Source: Gemmatimonadota bacterium (GTDB lineage: Bacteria > Gemmatimonadota > Gemmatimonadetes > JACCXV01 > JAHWKZ01). Taken from it: DNA of 64,000 nucleotides. Positions 1 through 9,024 of the stretch are shown here, piece after piece. A model generated the notes under the pieces. It saw only the letters and a program-made list of their open reading frames with translations, was not told the origin of the DNA and searched no databases. The stretch's first letter is position 1. Each line of letters begins with the position of its first letter. The stretch covers positions 8,588 to 72,587 of the forward strand of contig JBHEOA010000176.1 of NCBI GenBank assembly GCA_046261835.1, given 5' to 3'. Made by a program: the position numbers and the translations under genes.

Positions 1-1374
1 CCCGGCGCCAGCGTCGCGTGGGAGTTCACCGCCAGCCCGCTCTTCGAGGGGGAGAATCGCTGGCTCGACTTCGGCAAGCTGCGCTTCGCCTACGGCCGGG
101 CCGGCCAGCACCCGCCGGTCTTCTCGAACATCAACGCGTTCGAGACCGGCAACTTCGACGACGGATGGCTCAACGTCGGCCTCAACTCGATCTACCAGGG
201 ACGCGAGGGCGTCTTCTCCGAGGGGACCCTCGGGAACACGGCGATCGAGCCCGAGCGCTCGGAGGAGTACGAGTTCGGCGGCAACATCGCCTTCCTCGAC
301 AACCGGGTGGCGATCGACTACGTCCATTACCGGAAGTACACCGAGGACGCGATCGTCCCCCGCAACCTGCCGCCGAGCACCGGGTTCTTCTCGTTCTTCG
401 ACAACGCGCTCGAATGGGAGAACATCGGCCACGAGCTCCAGGTCGACGTCCGGGCGATCCAGCGGCCCAACTTCGCCTGGGAGATCAGCGGCCAGTGGGC
501 CCGGAACGAGAGCTGCGTCACGGATCTGGCGGGCTCCGAGGCCGAGTTCATCGACGGGTTCTCGAGCGGGTCGATCTACATCGTCGCGCCCGAGGATCCC
601 GACGACCCCGAGGGGACCTGCCATCCGTTCGGCGTGATCTACAGCGGCGACATGGTCCGCTTCGGTCGCGACTTGTCCGTCGGCGGGGTCGACATCGACT
701 CGGCGTTCCCGGACGCCCCCCCGGGGGCGATCTACATCGCGGAGAACGGCCTGCCGGTGGTCGACCCGCAGCGCCGGGTCATCGGCGACCCGAACCCCGA
801 CTGGACCGGCAGCGTTCGGAACACCGTGAACCTCTTCGACCGGCTCCGGGTGTCGGCGCTCGTCGACGTCAAGCAGGGCGGCGACATGTGGAACGGTACG
901 CGGGGCGCCCTGTTCACGTACGGTAAGCATGCGCTGACCGAGCGGTGCCACGGCGCGGGCTGCGCCTTGAACAACTTCGAGCAAGCGCTGCACGAGATCT
1001 ACAACCGGCCGGACGAGAAGACCGCGGGGCCGGGCGCGAACACGCCGGTCACGCTGGGAGCGCCCTGGTTCCGGTCGAACGGCGGGGGCTTCGGTCTGCT
1101 CACCCAGCTCTTCGTCGAGGAGGCGAGCTTCGTCAAGCTGCGCGAGGTCGCGCTCGCCTTCACGATCGGTCAGGATTGGTTCCCCGGGCTCTCGACGGTG
1201 GGGTTAAGCTCGATCGACGTCAAGCTTGCCGGGCGCAACCTCAAGACCTGGACCGACTACACCGGGATCGACCCCGAGTCGAACCTGGTGGATCAGTCGA
1301 CGGGTCGCGGGCTGGACTACTTCAACAACCCGCAGACGCGCTCGTACGTGGTCGCGCTGCAGTTGAACCGCTAA
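1..1374 (+). CDS. SusC/RagA-family TonB-dependent outer-membrane receptor, C-terminal part (5' end outside window)
   Basis: Frame-1 ORF is open from position 1 and stops TAA at 1372-1374. Translation (...KLRFAYGRAG..., beta-barrel-like C-terminus) is typical of TonB-linked SusC-type receptors. A SusD-like gene follows 25 nt downstream. Confidence 0.75.
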   Translation, partial: PGASVAWEFTASPLFEGENRWLDFGKLRFAYGRAGQHPPVFSNINAFETGNFDDGWLNVGLNSIYQGREGVFSEGTLGNTAIEPERSEEYEFGGNIAFLDNRVAIDYVHYRKYTEDAIVPRNLPPSTGFFSFFDNALEWENIGHELQVDVRAIQRPNFAWEISGQWARNESCVTDLAGSEAEFIDGFSSGSIYIVAPEDPDDPEGTCHPFGVIYSGDMVRFGRDLSVGGVDIDSAFPDAPPGAIYIAENGLPVVDPQRRVIGDPNPDWTGSVRNTVNLFDRLRVSALVDVKQGGDMWNGTRGALFTYGKHALTERCHGAGCALNNFEQALHEIYNRPDEKTAGPGANTPVTLGAPWFRSNGGGFGLLTQLFVEEASFVKLREVALAFTIGQDWFPGLSTVGLSSIDVKLAGRNLKTWTDYTGIDPESNLVDQSTGRGLDYFNNPQTRSYVVALQLNR

Positions 1375-1399
1375 CCAGAGGCCTGGAGGAGGTTCGCAG

Positions 1400-2782
1400 A
1401 TGAGAGCAAGCTGGAAGCGGACCGCCCGGGCTCTGGCCCTGGCGGTCCTGGTCAGCGGGACGGCTGCGTGCGACTGGCTCATCAGCCCGACGGAGTCGAA
1501 CCCGAACGTCGTCGCCGACGCGACGCTCGACCAGCTGTTCGTGTCGGTCCAGCTCAACGCGTGGTTCATCGCCGAGGGCGATCTGAGCCGCTTCGCGGCC
1601 GTGTGGCTGCAACAGATGGCCGGGATGCAGGACCGGCAGTTCGGGCTCATCCACAGCTACGACATCGTGGAGGACGACGGCGGCGACGCCTTCAACACCA
1701 CCTACACGGGCGGCGGCCTCGTCGACATCGTGCGGGCGATCGATCTGGCCACCGAGCGCCCCGAGGCGGCCGGCCGGGTGTACGCCGGGATCCTCAAGGT
1801 CCATCAGGCGTTCATGATCGGGACCATCGCGAGCGTCCATGGCGACGTTCCCTTCTCCGAGGCGGTCAACCCCGAGATCGCCGAGCCCGCGCTCGACGAT
1901 CAGGCGGCGGTCTACGCCGCGGTCCAGGCCCTCCTGGACGAAGCGATCGCCGACCTCCAGAGCGGGGAGGGCGCCGGCCCGGGCGCCATCGACTTCTCGT
2001 TCGGCGGCAACGCCGCACAGTGGGTCGCCGTGGCCAACACGCTCAAGGCGCGCTTCCACGCTCACTGGATGGAGACGGACCCGGGCCGAGCCGCGCAGGT
2101 TCTCGCCGCGGCCAACAGCGGGATCCGTACGGCTGCCGGCAACTGGCGCGCGCTCCACTCGACGACCGCGACCGAGCAGAATCTCTGGAACCAGTTCATG
2201 GGGGACCGCCCCAACTACATCCAGGCGGGCGCGTTCCTCGTCGACCTGCTCCTGGCGCGAGACGATCCGCGGGTCGCGAAGTACTACGAGCCGAACGCGG
2301 ACGGCGAGTTCGTCGGCAGCCCCGTCAACGAGGAAGACGTGACCGCGTCGAACCTGGCGCTATGCGCGGGATGTGCGGGCGCCCAGGATTTCGGCTTCGT
2401 GCTCGCCTCGTGCGAAGAGAACGCCGGGCTGGCGGCCGAGGCGGCTTTCCGGCAGGGGGGCGCGGCGGCGGCCCAGCCGTGGATCGACGAGCTGATCCAG
2501 TGCTCGTCCACGTTCTGGGGAGTCGACGTTCCCCCGGCCCAGCAGCCGCTCACGCTCGAGGAGATCATCCTCCAGAAGTACATGGCGCTGTTCCTGAGCC
2601 ATGAGATCTGGAGCGACTACAAGCGGACGTGCTTCCCGGCGGTCGAGACGTTTGCGGGGAGGGAGATCCCCCGGCGGCTCTACTACCCCTTCGCGGAGCG
2701 CCAGGCGAATACGAACGTTCCCGAGCCCGCGGAGCAGGACGCACAACCGTTCAATGACAACGACCCGAACCCCTGTCCGTAG
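1400..2782 (+). CDS. SusD/RagB-family nutrient-binding outer-membrane lipoprotein
   Basis: ATG is preceded by GGAGGAGG. The signal peptide has a lipobox (LVSGTAAC). The gene is about 460 aa and sits directly downstream of the SusC-like gene. Confidence 0.75.
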   Translation: MRASWKRTARALALAVLVSGTAACDWLISPTESNPNVVADATLDQLFVSVQLNAWFIAEGDLSRFAAVWLQQMAGMQDRQFGLIHSYDIVEDDGGDAFNTTYTGGGLVDIVRAIDLATERPEAAGRVYAGILKVHQAFMIGTIASVHGDVPFSEAVNPEIAEPALDDQAAVYAAVQALLDEAIADLQSGEGAGPGAIDFSFGGNAAQWVAVANTLKARFHAHWMETDPGRAAQVLAAANSGIRTAAGNWRALHSTTATEQNLWNQFMGDRPNYIQAGAFLVDLLLARDDPRVAKYYEPNADGEFVGSPVNEEDVTASNLALCAGCAGAQDFGFVLASCEENAGLAAEAAFRQGGAAAAQPWIDELIQCSSTFWGVDVPPAQQPLTLEEIILQKYMALFLSHEIWSDYKRTCFPAVETFAGREIPRRLYYPFAERQANTNVPEPAEQDAQPFNDNDPNPCP

Positions 2783-2789
2783 GAGGGGA

Positions 2790-3167
2790 TTCGGGGGTCC
2801 AGCCCTTCGCTCCATCCTGCCGGTCGCGCTGTCGCTCGTGGCGGCATGCGCGACCGGCGTCGGGGCGGAGCGCCCCGCCCACCAGATCGTGGTCGAAGTC
2901 GTCAACGACCTCGTCCCACCCCGAAGTGTGACGATCCAGATGCTGGCCAGCGATCGTGTCACCCGCACGTTGGGAACGGTGGGAGCCGGGGAGACGCGCA
3001 GATTCTCGTTCCGCGAGCGATTGCTCGGCGGGGCCTACCGCATGACGGCCCGGATCGATCAAGGGAACGAGATGGCCTCGGAGGTCTTCACGCTCTTTCC
3101 GAACGCGCACGTCTTCTGGGACCTGAGAAGGAACCTCCTGACGGTCGGATCGCAGGGAGGGATGTGA
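2790..3167 (+). CDS. small secreted lipoprotein of unknown function (start codon unresolved)
   Basis: Protein-like translation with lipoprotein signal ...ALRSILPVALSLVAACATG, stop TGA at 3165-3167. AGGAGG lies at 2781-2786, but there is no in-frame ATG/GTG/TTG upstream of the signal peptide. The only candidates are CTG at 2817 or ATC at 2814. The alternative frame (2846 ORF) is Arg-rich junk. Confidence 0.45.
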   Translation, partial: FGGPALRSILPVALSLVAACATGVGAERPAHQIVVEVVNDLVPPRSVTIQMLASDRVTRTLGTVGAGETRRFSFRERLLGGAYRMTARIDQGNEMASEVFTLFPNAHVFWDLRRNLLTVGSQGGM

Positions 3168-3613
3168 GCCGCCTCGGGATCCTCGCGGTGGGATGCCTCG
3201 CCGTCGCCGGGTCGGCCTGCTACCGCTACACTCCCGTCGAGACGGACGCCCCGATCGAGCGCGGGAGGGCGATCCGTGCGTGGCTCGAGCGCCCGACGGA
3301 CGTCCGGCTGACCGAGCTCACCGCGAACGGGGCCCGCGAGGTGCGCGGCGAGGTGATCGGCTGGCGGGGCGACTCGCTGGCTCTGTCGGTCTTCTGGGTG
3401 GTGACGCAGACCCAGTACGAGCATCGGGGTCGGGGCGAGACCGTCCTGATCGCCGGCGACAACATCGCCCGGCTGGAGAAGAAGGAGATCGACCCCGCGC
3501 GCACCGGCGGCTTGACCGCCGGGATCGTCGCCCTGACGGCGGCCGCGGGCTATGCCGTTTCCGGGGGCGGCGGCGGAGACGAGGGCGACAACGGGGGAAT
3601 CCCGCCCCAGTAG
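3164..3613 (+). CDS. small secreted lipoprotein of unknown function
   Basis: GTG at 3164 overlaps the upstream stop (GTGA). Signal VSRLGILAVGCLAVAGSAC has a lipobox. The C-terminus is Gly-rich. Confidence 0.5.
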   Translation: MSRLGILAVGCLAVAGSACYRYTPVETDAPIERGRAIRAWLERPTDVRLTELTANGAREVRGEVIGWRGDSLALSVFWVVTQTQYEHRGRGETVLIAGDNIARLEKKEIDPARTGGLTAGIVALTAAAGYAVSGGGGGDEGDNGGIPPQ

Positions 3614-3634
3614 ATGGCGAGGAGGTCCGAGCCC

Positions 3635-5023
3635 ATGCTGGTGCGACAGGTCAAGACGAGGAATATCGCGTCGGCCTTCGTCGTAGGGCTTCTGCTGGCG
3701 GCGTGCGGCGGTCGCGACCTCGGCGAGAGCCCGGGCGCGGCGCTCGACGCCGAGCTCCTCCAGCTCATGAGCCGCGCTTCGGAGACCGGCGATCCCTCCT
3801 GGTTCGCGCTTCCCTCCCCCGACGAGTACGACCGGATCCCGCAGGATCCCAAGAACCCCTTGACGCGTGCCAAGGTCGAGCTGGGGCGGCTCCTGTTCCA
3901 CGATACGGCGCTCGAACGCGATCCGAGGCTGCCGCCCGGCGCGGGCAGGGTTTCGTGCGCGAGCTGCCACTTCGCCCAGGCGGGCTTCCAGGCGGGCATC
4001 CCCCAGGGAGTCGGAGAGGGGGCGTTCGGTTTCGGCCGCCGCGGCGAGCAGCGACGGATCGACGACAGCTATCCGCCCGATTCGGTCGACGTTCAGGCGT
4101 TCCGGACCCCGACCGTCCTCAACATAGCCTTCCAGATCGTCCTGGGCTGGTCGGGACAATGGGGCGCGGTGGGCCCCAACGTGGGGACCAAGTACTCGTG
4201 GATGGGGGGAGCGGCCCCGAACCGGCTAGGCTTCCAGGGCGTCGAGTCGCAGGCGATCGCCGCCCTCGACACCCACGGCCTCTCCGTAGAGGACGGCTTC
4301 TTCGACGAGCTGCCCGAATACCGGCGGCTCTTCGACGAGGCTTTTCCCGAGGTTCCCGAGTACCGGCGGTACACCGACCGTGTGGCGGCCCTGGCGATCG
4401 CGGCCTACCAGCGCACGGTTCTGACCAACCAGGCGCCCTTCCAGCGCTGGCTGCGGGGGGACCGGAGCGCCATGGCCACCCCCGAGAAGCGGGGGGCGGT
4501 CCTGTTCTTCGGCGAGGCCGGCTGCGTCACGTGCCACACGGGGCCCGCCCTCAACTCCATGCAGTTCGCCGCGCTCGGCATGAACGACCTGTATGACCGT
4601 CCCGACGTGATCGCTCCCTCGCATGCTCCGGACTCGCTGGCGCGCCGCGGTCGCGGAGGGTTCACCCGGCGGCCGGACGACGACTACGCCTACAAGGTCC
4701 CCCAGCTCTACAACCTCGCCGATTCGCCCTTCTACGGGCACGGAGCCTCCTTCACCAGCGTGCGCGAGGTCGTCGAGTACAAGAACCGCGCGGCGCCGCA
4801 GAAGCCGATTCCACGCGAGCGACTCGCGCCGGAGTTCCGGCCGTTGGGGCTGGACGACGGAGCGGTCACCGCGATCGTCACCTTTCTGAGCCGTAGCCTG
4901 CAGGATCCGAACATCGTCCGGTACGTACCGTCGAGCGTGCTTTCCGGCCGCTGCTTCCCCAACGACGACCCTCAGTCCCGGCTCGATCTCGAATGCCCGC
5001 CTCTCGAGACCACCTCGCGGTGA
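3635..5023 (+). CDS. di-heme cytochrome c peroxidase (CCP/MauG family), lipoprotein
   Basis: Two CxxCH heme motifs (CASCH, CVTCH). The size and spacing are typical of bacterial di-heme CCP. ATG at 3635 has GAGGAGG 9 nt upstream, and there is a lipobox (LLLAACGG). An alternative ATG lies at 3614. Confidence 0.85.
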   Translation: MLVRQVKTRNIASAFVVGLLLAACGGRDLGESPGAALDAELLQLMSRASETGDPSWFALPSPDEYDRIPQDPKNPLTRAKVELGRLLFHDTALERDPRLPPGAGRVSCASCHFAQAGFQAGIPQGVGEGAFGFGRRGEQRRIDDSYPPDSVDVQAFRTPTVLNIAFQIVLGWSGQWGAVGPNVGTKYSWMGGAAPNRLGFQGVESQAIAALDTHGLSVEDGFFDELPEYRRLFDEAFPEVPEYRRYTDRVAALAIAAYQRTVLTNQAPFQRWLRGDRSAMATPEKRGAVLFFGEAGCVTCHTGPALNSMQFAALGMNDLYDRPDVIAPSHAPDSLARRGRGGFTRRPDDDYAYKVPQLYNLADSPFYGHGASFTSVREVVEYKNRAAPQKPIPRERLAPEFRPLGLDDGAVTAIVTFLSRSLQDPNIVRYVPSSVLSGRCFPNDDPQSRLDLECPPLETTSR

Positions 5024-6711
5024 GGCGGGCGGCGGGTCTCGGCGCGGCCATCGCAGGGCTGGTCCTCGGCGGGTCCCCCGCCCTGGCGCAGGGATTCGAC
5101 GAGGTGGGCCGCGAGGCCGGGATCGACCACGTGGCCGTCGACCCCCACCGGATCGCGGGCGGGGTCGCCTTCTTCGACTACGACGGTGACGGCGACGACG
5201 ACCTGTGGCTCACGGGCGGGCGGAACCCCGATCGCCTCTACCGGAACCGTGGCGACGGCACGTTCGATGACGTCACCGAGGCGGCGGGCCTCGGCTTCCT
5301 CGCCGACATACCGACCGTCGGCGTCGTCACCGGCGACATCGACAACGACGGCGATCGCGACGTCTTCGTCACCACCTTCGAGGGATATCCCAACATCCTC
5401 CTGCGCAACGAGGGGGACGGCACCTTCACCGACGTCTCGGAAGCAGCGGGCGTGGCCGGGCCGCCGGTCTGGAGCACGGCGGCGGCCTTCGGCGACTACG
5501 ACCTCGACGGCTTCCTCGACCTCTACGTCGGCAACTACGCCACCTACGACGACCTGCCGTACGACGAGCACTTGACCGGCGGGATCCCCAACTTCCTCTA
5601 CCGCAACCGCGGCGACGGCACGTTCGAGGACGTCGCCGAGCGGCTCGGCGTGGACGATCCGGACGGCCTCGCGCTGGCAGTGGCGTTTACCGACTACGAC
5701 GGCGATGCCGACGTCGACATCTGGGTGGCCAACGACTTCGGGTACCTCTTCGAGGAGGACAAGCTCTACCGGAACGACGGGGGCCGCTTCGTCGAGGTGG
5801 GGGAGGAGCTGGGGGTCGACAACGAGATCAACGCCATGGGGATCGCCGCCGGCGACTATGACGAGGACGGCGACCTCGATTACTACGTCACCAACATGGC
5901 CCGGAACCGGCTGCACGAGAACCTCCAGCGCGGCCACGCGAGCGGGGAAGGAAGCGGTCGCTTCGTCGACGTCGCCCGCCAGAAGGGCCTGGACGACGAG
6001 TGGGCGACGAGCTGGGGGGCGGTGTTCGCCGACGTCGACAACGACGGGCACCTCGATCTGCTGCTGGCCAACGGGCGCGTGCTGCCGAGCTACAACATGG
6101 AGTACATGGACCACCTCCATCGGCTGGTGGAGCCGCACGCGAATCGCTTGTGGCGCGGTGACGGGAAGGGCGGCTTCGTGGAGGTTGCGAGCGAGATGGG
6201 GGTCGCCGACACGACGCGCGGACGCGGTCTCGCCTGGTCCGACATCGACGGTGACGGCGACGTCGACCTCGCGGTTTCGGTACTCGTTGTCGAGGGGCCG
6301 ACGATGGACCATGCGCTGCTGTACCGGAACGAGGGCCACCCCGGCCGCAATTGGCTCAACGTGCGGCTCCGAGGCACGTCGGCCAACCGGGACGCCTTCG
6401 GGAGCCGGGTGCGGGTCGTCGCGGCCGAACGCAGCCTGATCCGCGAGATCGACGGCGGATCGAGCTACCTCTCACAAAGCTCCAGCGTCGCCCACTTCGG
6501 TTTGGGCTCGCGCGCTGTCGCCGACAGCCTGGTCGTCACGTGGCCCGGCGGGAAGATCGAGGTCCTGACCGACCTTCCGGTGAACCGGACCGTCGAGATC
6601 GTCGAAGGTGTTCTGGCGGCGGGAGAACCGGCGCCCGAGACGCCGGGAAGCGAGTCGTGGGGCAAGACGCCGGCTGCCGAACCCGCCGAGCGGCGCCGGG
6701 TCGAGCCCTAG
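5020..6711 (+). CDS. FG-GAP/VCBS-repeat protein with C-terminal ASPIC/UnbV domain (CRTAC1-like), secreted
   Basis: Repeated FxDxDGDGxxD calcium-binding FG-GAP motifs. The C-terminus (...NWLNVRLRG...GSRVRV...SSYLSQSS...FGLG) is typical of ASPIC/UnbV. GTG at 5020 overlaps the CCP stop (GTGA) and gives a signal peptide. An alternative ATG is at 4993. Confidence 0.8.
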   Translation: MRRAAGLGAAIAGLVLGGSPALAQGFDEVGREAGIDHVAVDPHRIAGGVAFFDYDGDGDDDLWLTGGRNPDRLYRNRGDGTFDDVTEAAGLGFLADIPTVGVVTGDIDNDGDRDVFVTTFEGYPNILLRNEGDGTFTDVSEAAGVAGPPVWSTAAAFGDYDLDGFLDLYVGNYATYDDLPYDEHLTGGIPNFLYRNRGDGTFEDVAERLGVDDPDGLALAVAFTDYDGDADVDIWVANDFGYLFEEDKLYRNDGGRFVEVGEELGVDNEINAMGIAAGDYDEDGDLDYYVTNMARNRLHENLQRGHASGEGSGRFVDVARQKGLDDEWATSWGAVFADVDNDGHLDLLLANGRVLPSYNMEYMDHLHRLVEPHANRLWRGDGKGGFVEVASEMGVADTTRGRGLAWSDIDGDGDVDLAVSVLVVEGPTMDHALLYRNEGHPGRNWLNVRLRGTSANRDAFGSRVRVVAAERSLIREIDGGSSYLSQSSSVAHFGLGSRAVADSLVVTWPGGKIEVLTDLPVNRTVEIVEGVLAAGEPAPETPGSESWGKTPAAEPAERRRVEP

Positions 6712-6733
6712 TAAACCCGCTCTTACCGATCCG

Positions 6734-8905
6734 CTACTCCGGTCGCCGCTGACGGTATCGCTCCAGGCTGTGCCTGAGCCGGTCGGCCAGGTCGCGAGCG
6801 CCGACCGCGGAAGCGAGCGCGAGCGCCCGCTCGGCCGTCTCCGCCGCGTGCCCGAACTCGCCGGCCGAAGCCTGCGCCGCGGCGAGGACGGCCAGGATGG
6901 CCGGGTCGGGCCGCTCGGTCAGCGCGGCGGCGCGCTCGGCGAGCCGCACCGCTTCGGCCGGCCTGCGGATCGCCGGGTCGGGATGTCGGGCGAGGAGCTC
7001 GGCCAGCGCAATGAGCGGGGCCGGCCAGCGGGGGTCCAGGCGGATCGCTTCACGCAGCTCGGCGATTGCCTCGGGGAACCGCCCTGTCGATCCCAGAGCG
7101 AACCCCAGCCCCAGCCTCGCGCGGGCGTCGTCGGGCTCGATTTCCAGCCCGCGCCGATAGTGCTCGATCGCCTCGGCAGGCTTTCCCCGCGCGCGAAGGA
7201 CCTCGGCGAGCCGCACGTGTGCGGGCGCGAGCTTCGGGTCGGCGTCGATCGCCAGGCGATAGAAGCGAATCGCCTCGTCCACCTCGCCCTTAGCCTCGAG
7301 CGCTATCGCGAGGTTGTGGCTCGCCCGGGCGTAGCCGGGATCGGTTTCGAGCGCCAGGCGGTAGTGCCGGACCGCCTCGTCGAGGCGTCCCACCGTCTGG
7401 AGGGCGATCCCCAGGTTGTTGTGTGCGCGCGCGTAGCGGGGGGCGAGCCGGAGCGCCTCCCGGTAGCGGGCGATCGCTTCCTCGTGCCGCCCCAGCGCCG
7501 CGAGCACCATCCCCAGCTCGTAATGCGCGCGTTCGTCTTCCGCCCGCCACCGGACCGCGGCCTCGAGTCCCTGGCGATGGATCGAGAGCGACTTGAGCCA
7601 TGCGACCCGCGCCAGCTCGGCCGATTCGTCAGGCTCTACCGCGACCACCTGGATCATGAGATCCGCCATCTCATCGGTCGAGTGAGGGCCGTAGCGGACG
7701 TGCTCGGGGGCCCGGCGCGGGTTGCGCGGATTGGCCGTCGAGTTGTCGTAGGTGTACCGCATCGTGAGGACGGTGCCGCGCGGCAGCCGCACCGGCTCGC
7801 GGTAGCGGTACTCGTCCTGCCAGTTGAAGTCCCAGCGCGGGATGTGGAGGAGCCAGCGCGTGCCGCCATCGGGAAGCACTGCGACGACTGACATCTCCTC
7901 GCCCAGGTAGTGGGCGTGCGGATAGAGCCCGAGCACCTCGACCTCGACCGGCAGGACCAGCGAATCCTCGACCGCGTAGGATCGCGCCCCCGGCGGGATG
8001 TCGAGCGATTCCGATCCCAGCCGCAGGAGGACCGCCGTGCGGGCCGGCGGACGCTCGGCGAAGTGGAGGCCGACCTGCCCTCGCACCGCCGCCGGCCGCT
8101 CGATCGGCCGGAGGTGGAGCTGAAGCACGAGGTCGCTCCCCCGCTCGAGCCGCCAGGCTATGTCGGGGGGGATGCGCGTCGGCACCTTCCCGGGGGTCCA
8201 GCCGAGGAAGAATCCGGTCGGCTGGCGCGCCTCGCTCGCCGGTCCCATGCCGTCGAATCCCGGTCCCGGGTCCTCGCTGTCCCGCCGGCGGGACGAGTCG
8301 CTCGGATCGACCATGAGCGTCGCGTGGTGAACGAGCTTAGGAGCGTCGAACCTGAGCTCGACCGCCTCGACCCACCGATCGGTCTCGATCGGGACCGCGA
8401 TCACGAAGTTGCGGAACTCTTCGTGTGCGCCCGCCTCGCCGTGCTCGCCCATGACCGGATAGGGTTCCGGCATGGCGACCACGAGATCGGGCTCGCCGAG
8501 CTGCCACCCCCCGGGGAACTCGGGCGGGAGGGGCTCCTCGGCGGGATCGCCCCGCGGCATGCCCGCCTCAACCCACCGACGTATCGCCTCGATCGCTTCG
8601 TCGGTCAGCCGCCGCTCGTTGGCGAACGCGTGCCGGGGCCGATCGGGGAGCCAGGGCGGCATGACGCGCGCCTGCGTCAACGCGGCGATCAGGGGACCGC
8701 GGGCACGGGCGTCTTCATAGGACAGAAGGTCGAACGGCGCCGGGCCCTCGGGGCGATGGCAGACCGCGCAGTTCCGGTAGAGGATCGGTGCGATGTCGCG
8801 GGCGAAGGTCGGCTCGTCGCCGGGCGGCTTCCAAGCGGCGAGCGCTACGGAAGCCACGGCGGGCGCGGCGACGAGGAGGAGACGTGCGATCCGGGGAGGT
8901 TTCAC
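6734..8905 (-). CDS. secreted fusion protein: N-terminal cytochrome c domain (CxxCH), copper type-II monooxygenase (PHM/DBH C-terminal)-like domain, C-terminal TPR repeats
   Basis: CAVCH heme motif. The central region (...HAHYLGEEM...WDFNWQDEY...YTYDNS) resembles the Cu2-monooxygenase C-terminal fold. The C-terminus has many 34-aa TPR repeats. GTG at 8905 gives a textbook signal peptide (KPPRIARLLLVAAPAVASVALA). The maximal ORF extends to 9022. Confidence 0.7.
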   Translation of the reverse strand: MKPPRIARLLLVAAPAVASVALAAWKPPGDEPTFARDIAPILYRNCAVCHRPEGPAPFDLLSYEDARARGPLIAALTQARVMPPWLPDRPRHAFANERRLTDEAIEAIRRWVEAGMPRGDPAEEPLPPEFPGGWQLGEPDLVVAMPEPYPVMGEHGEAGAHEEFRNFVIAVPIETDRWVEAVELRFDAPKLVHHATLMVDPSDSSRRRDSEDPGPGFDGMGPASEARQPTGFFLGWTPGKVPTRIPPDIAWRLERGSDLVLQLHLRPIERPAAVRGQVGLHFAERPPARTAVLLRLGSESLDIPPGARSYAVEDSLVLPVEVEVLGLYPHAHYLGEEMSVVAVLPDGGTRWLLHIPRWDFNWQDEYRYREPVRLPRGTVLTMRYTYDNSTANPRNPRRAPEHVRYGPHSTDEMADLMIQVVAVEPDESAELARVAWLKSLSIHRQGLEAAVRWRAEDERAHYELGMVLAALGRHEEAIARYREALRLAPRYARAHNNLGIALQTVGRLDEAVRHYRLALETDPGYARASHNLAIALEAKGEVDEAIRFYRLAIDADPKLAPAHVRLAEVLRARGKPAEAIEHYRRGLEIEPDDARARLGLGFALGSTGRFPEAIAELREAIRLDPRWPAPLIALAELLARHPDPAIRRPAEAVRLAERAAALTERPDPAILAVLAAAQASAGEFGHAAETAERALALASAVGARDLADRLRHSLERYRQRRPE

Positions 8906-9024
8906 GGGAGGGGTGCTCGCGCGAGGGTCCAAGCCAACTTTCGCTTCGACAAGATAACCCGGCGGAGGGGTCCTCGCCTGCGCGCGGCCGCGGTCCATGC
9001 TTCCGTTGCAGTCACGGCCCATCT

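Noticed and set aside
1468-2604. 378-aa alternative-frame ORF within SusD
   Set aside because: Extremely Arg/Gly-rich junk. The SusD frame has a signal peptide and a protein-like composition.
2846-3163. ATG-initiated ORF 2846-3613 as one 255-aa protein
   Set aside because: Its first 106 codons are Arg-rich junk overlapping lipoprotein 1 in another frame. Only the part from GTG 3164, which carries a lipoprotein signal, looks real.
4972-6339. 455-aa minus-strand ORF antisense to the FG-GAP/ASPIC gene
   Set aside because: Val/Asp/Gly-rich mirror-image translation of the repeat protein on the other strand. No start context or domains.
8788-9024. Upstream extension of the 9025-12072 ORF (ORF track start 8788, MRCRGRRSARRR...)
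   Set aside because: The extension is Arg-rich low-complexity sequence typical of out-of-context high-GC translation. A clean ATG plus signal peptide begins at 9025. The extension would also overlap the divergent gene's 5' end.
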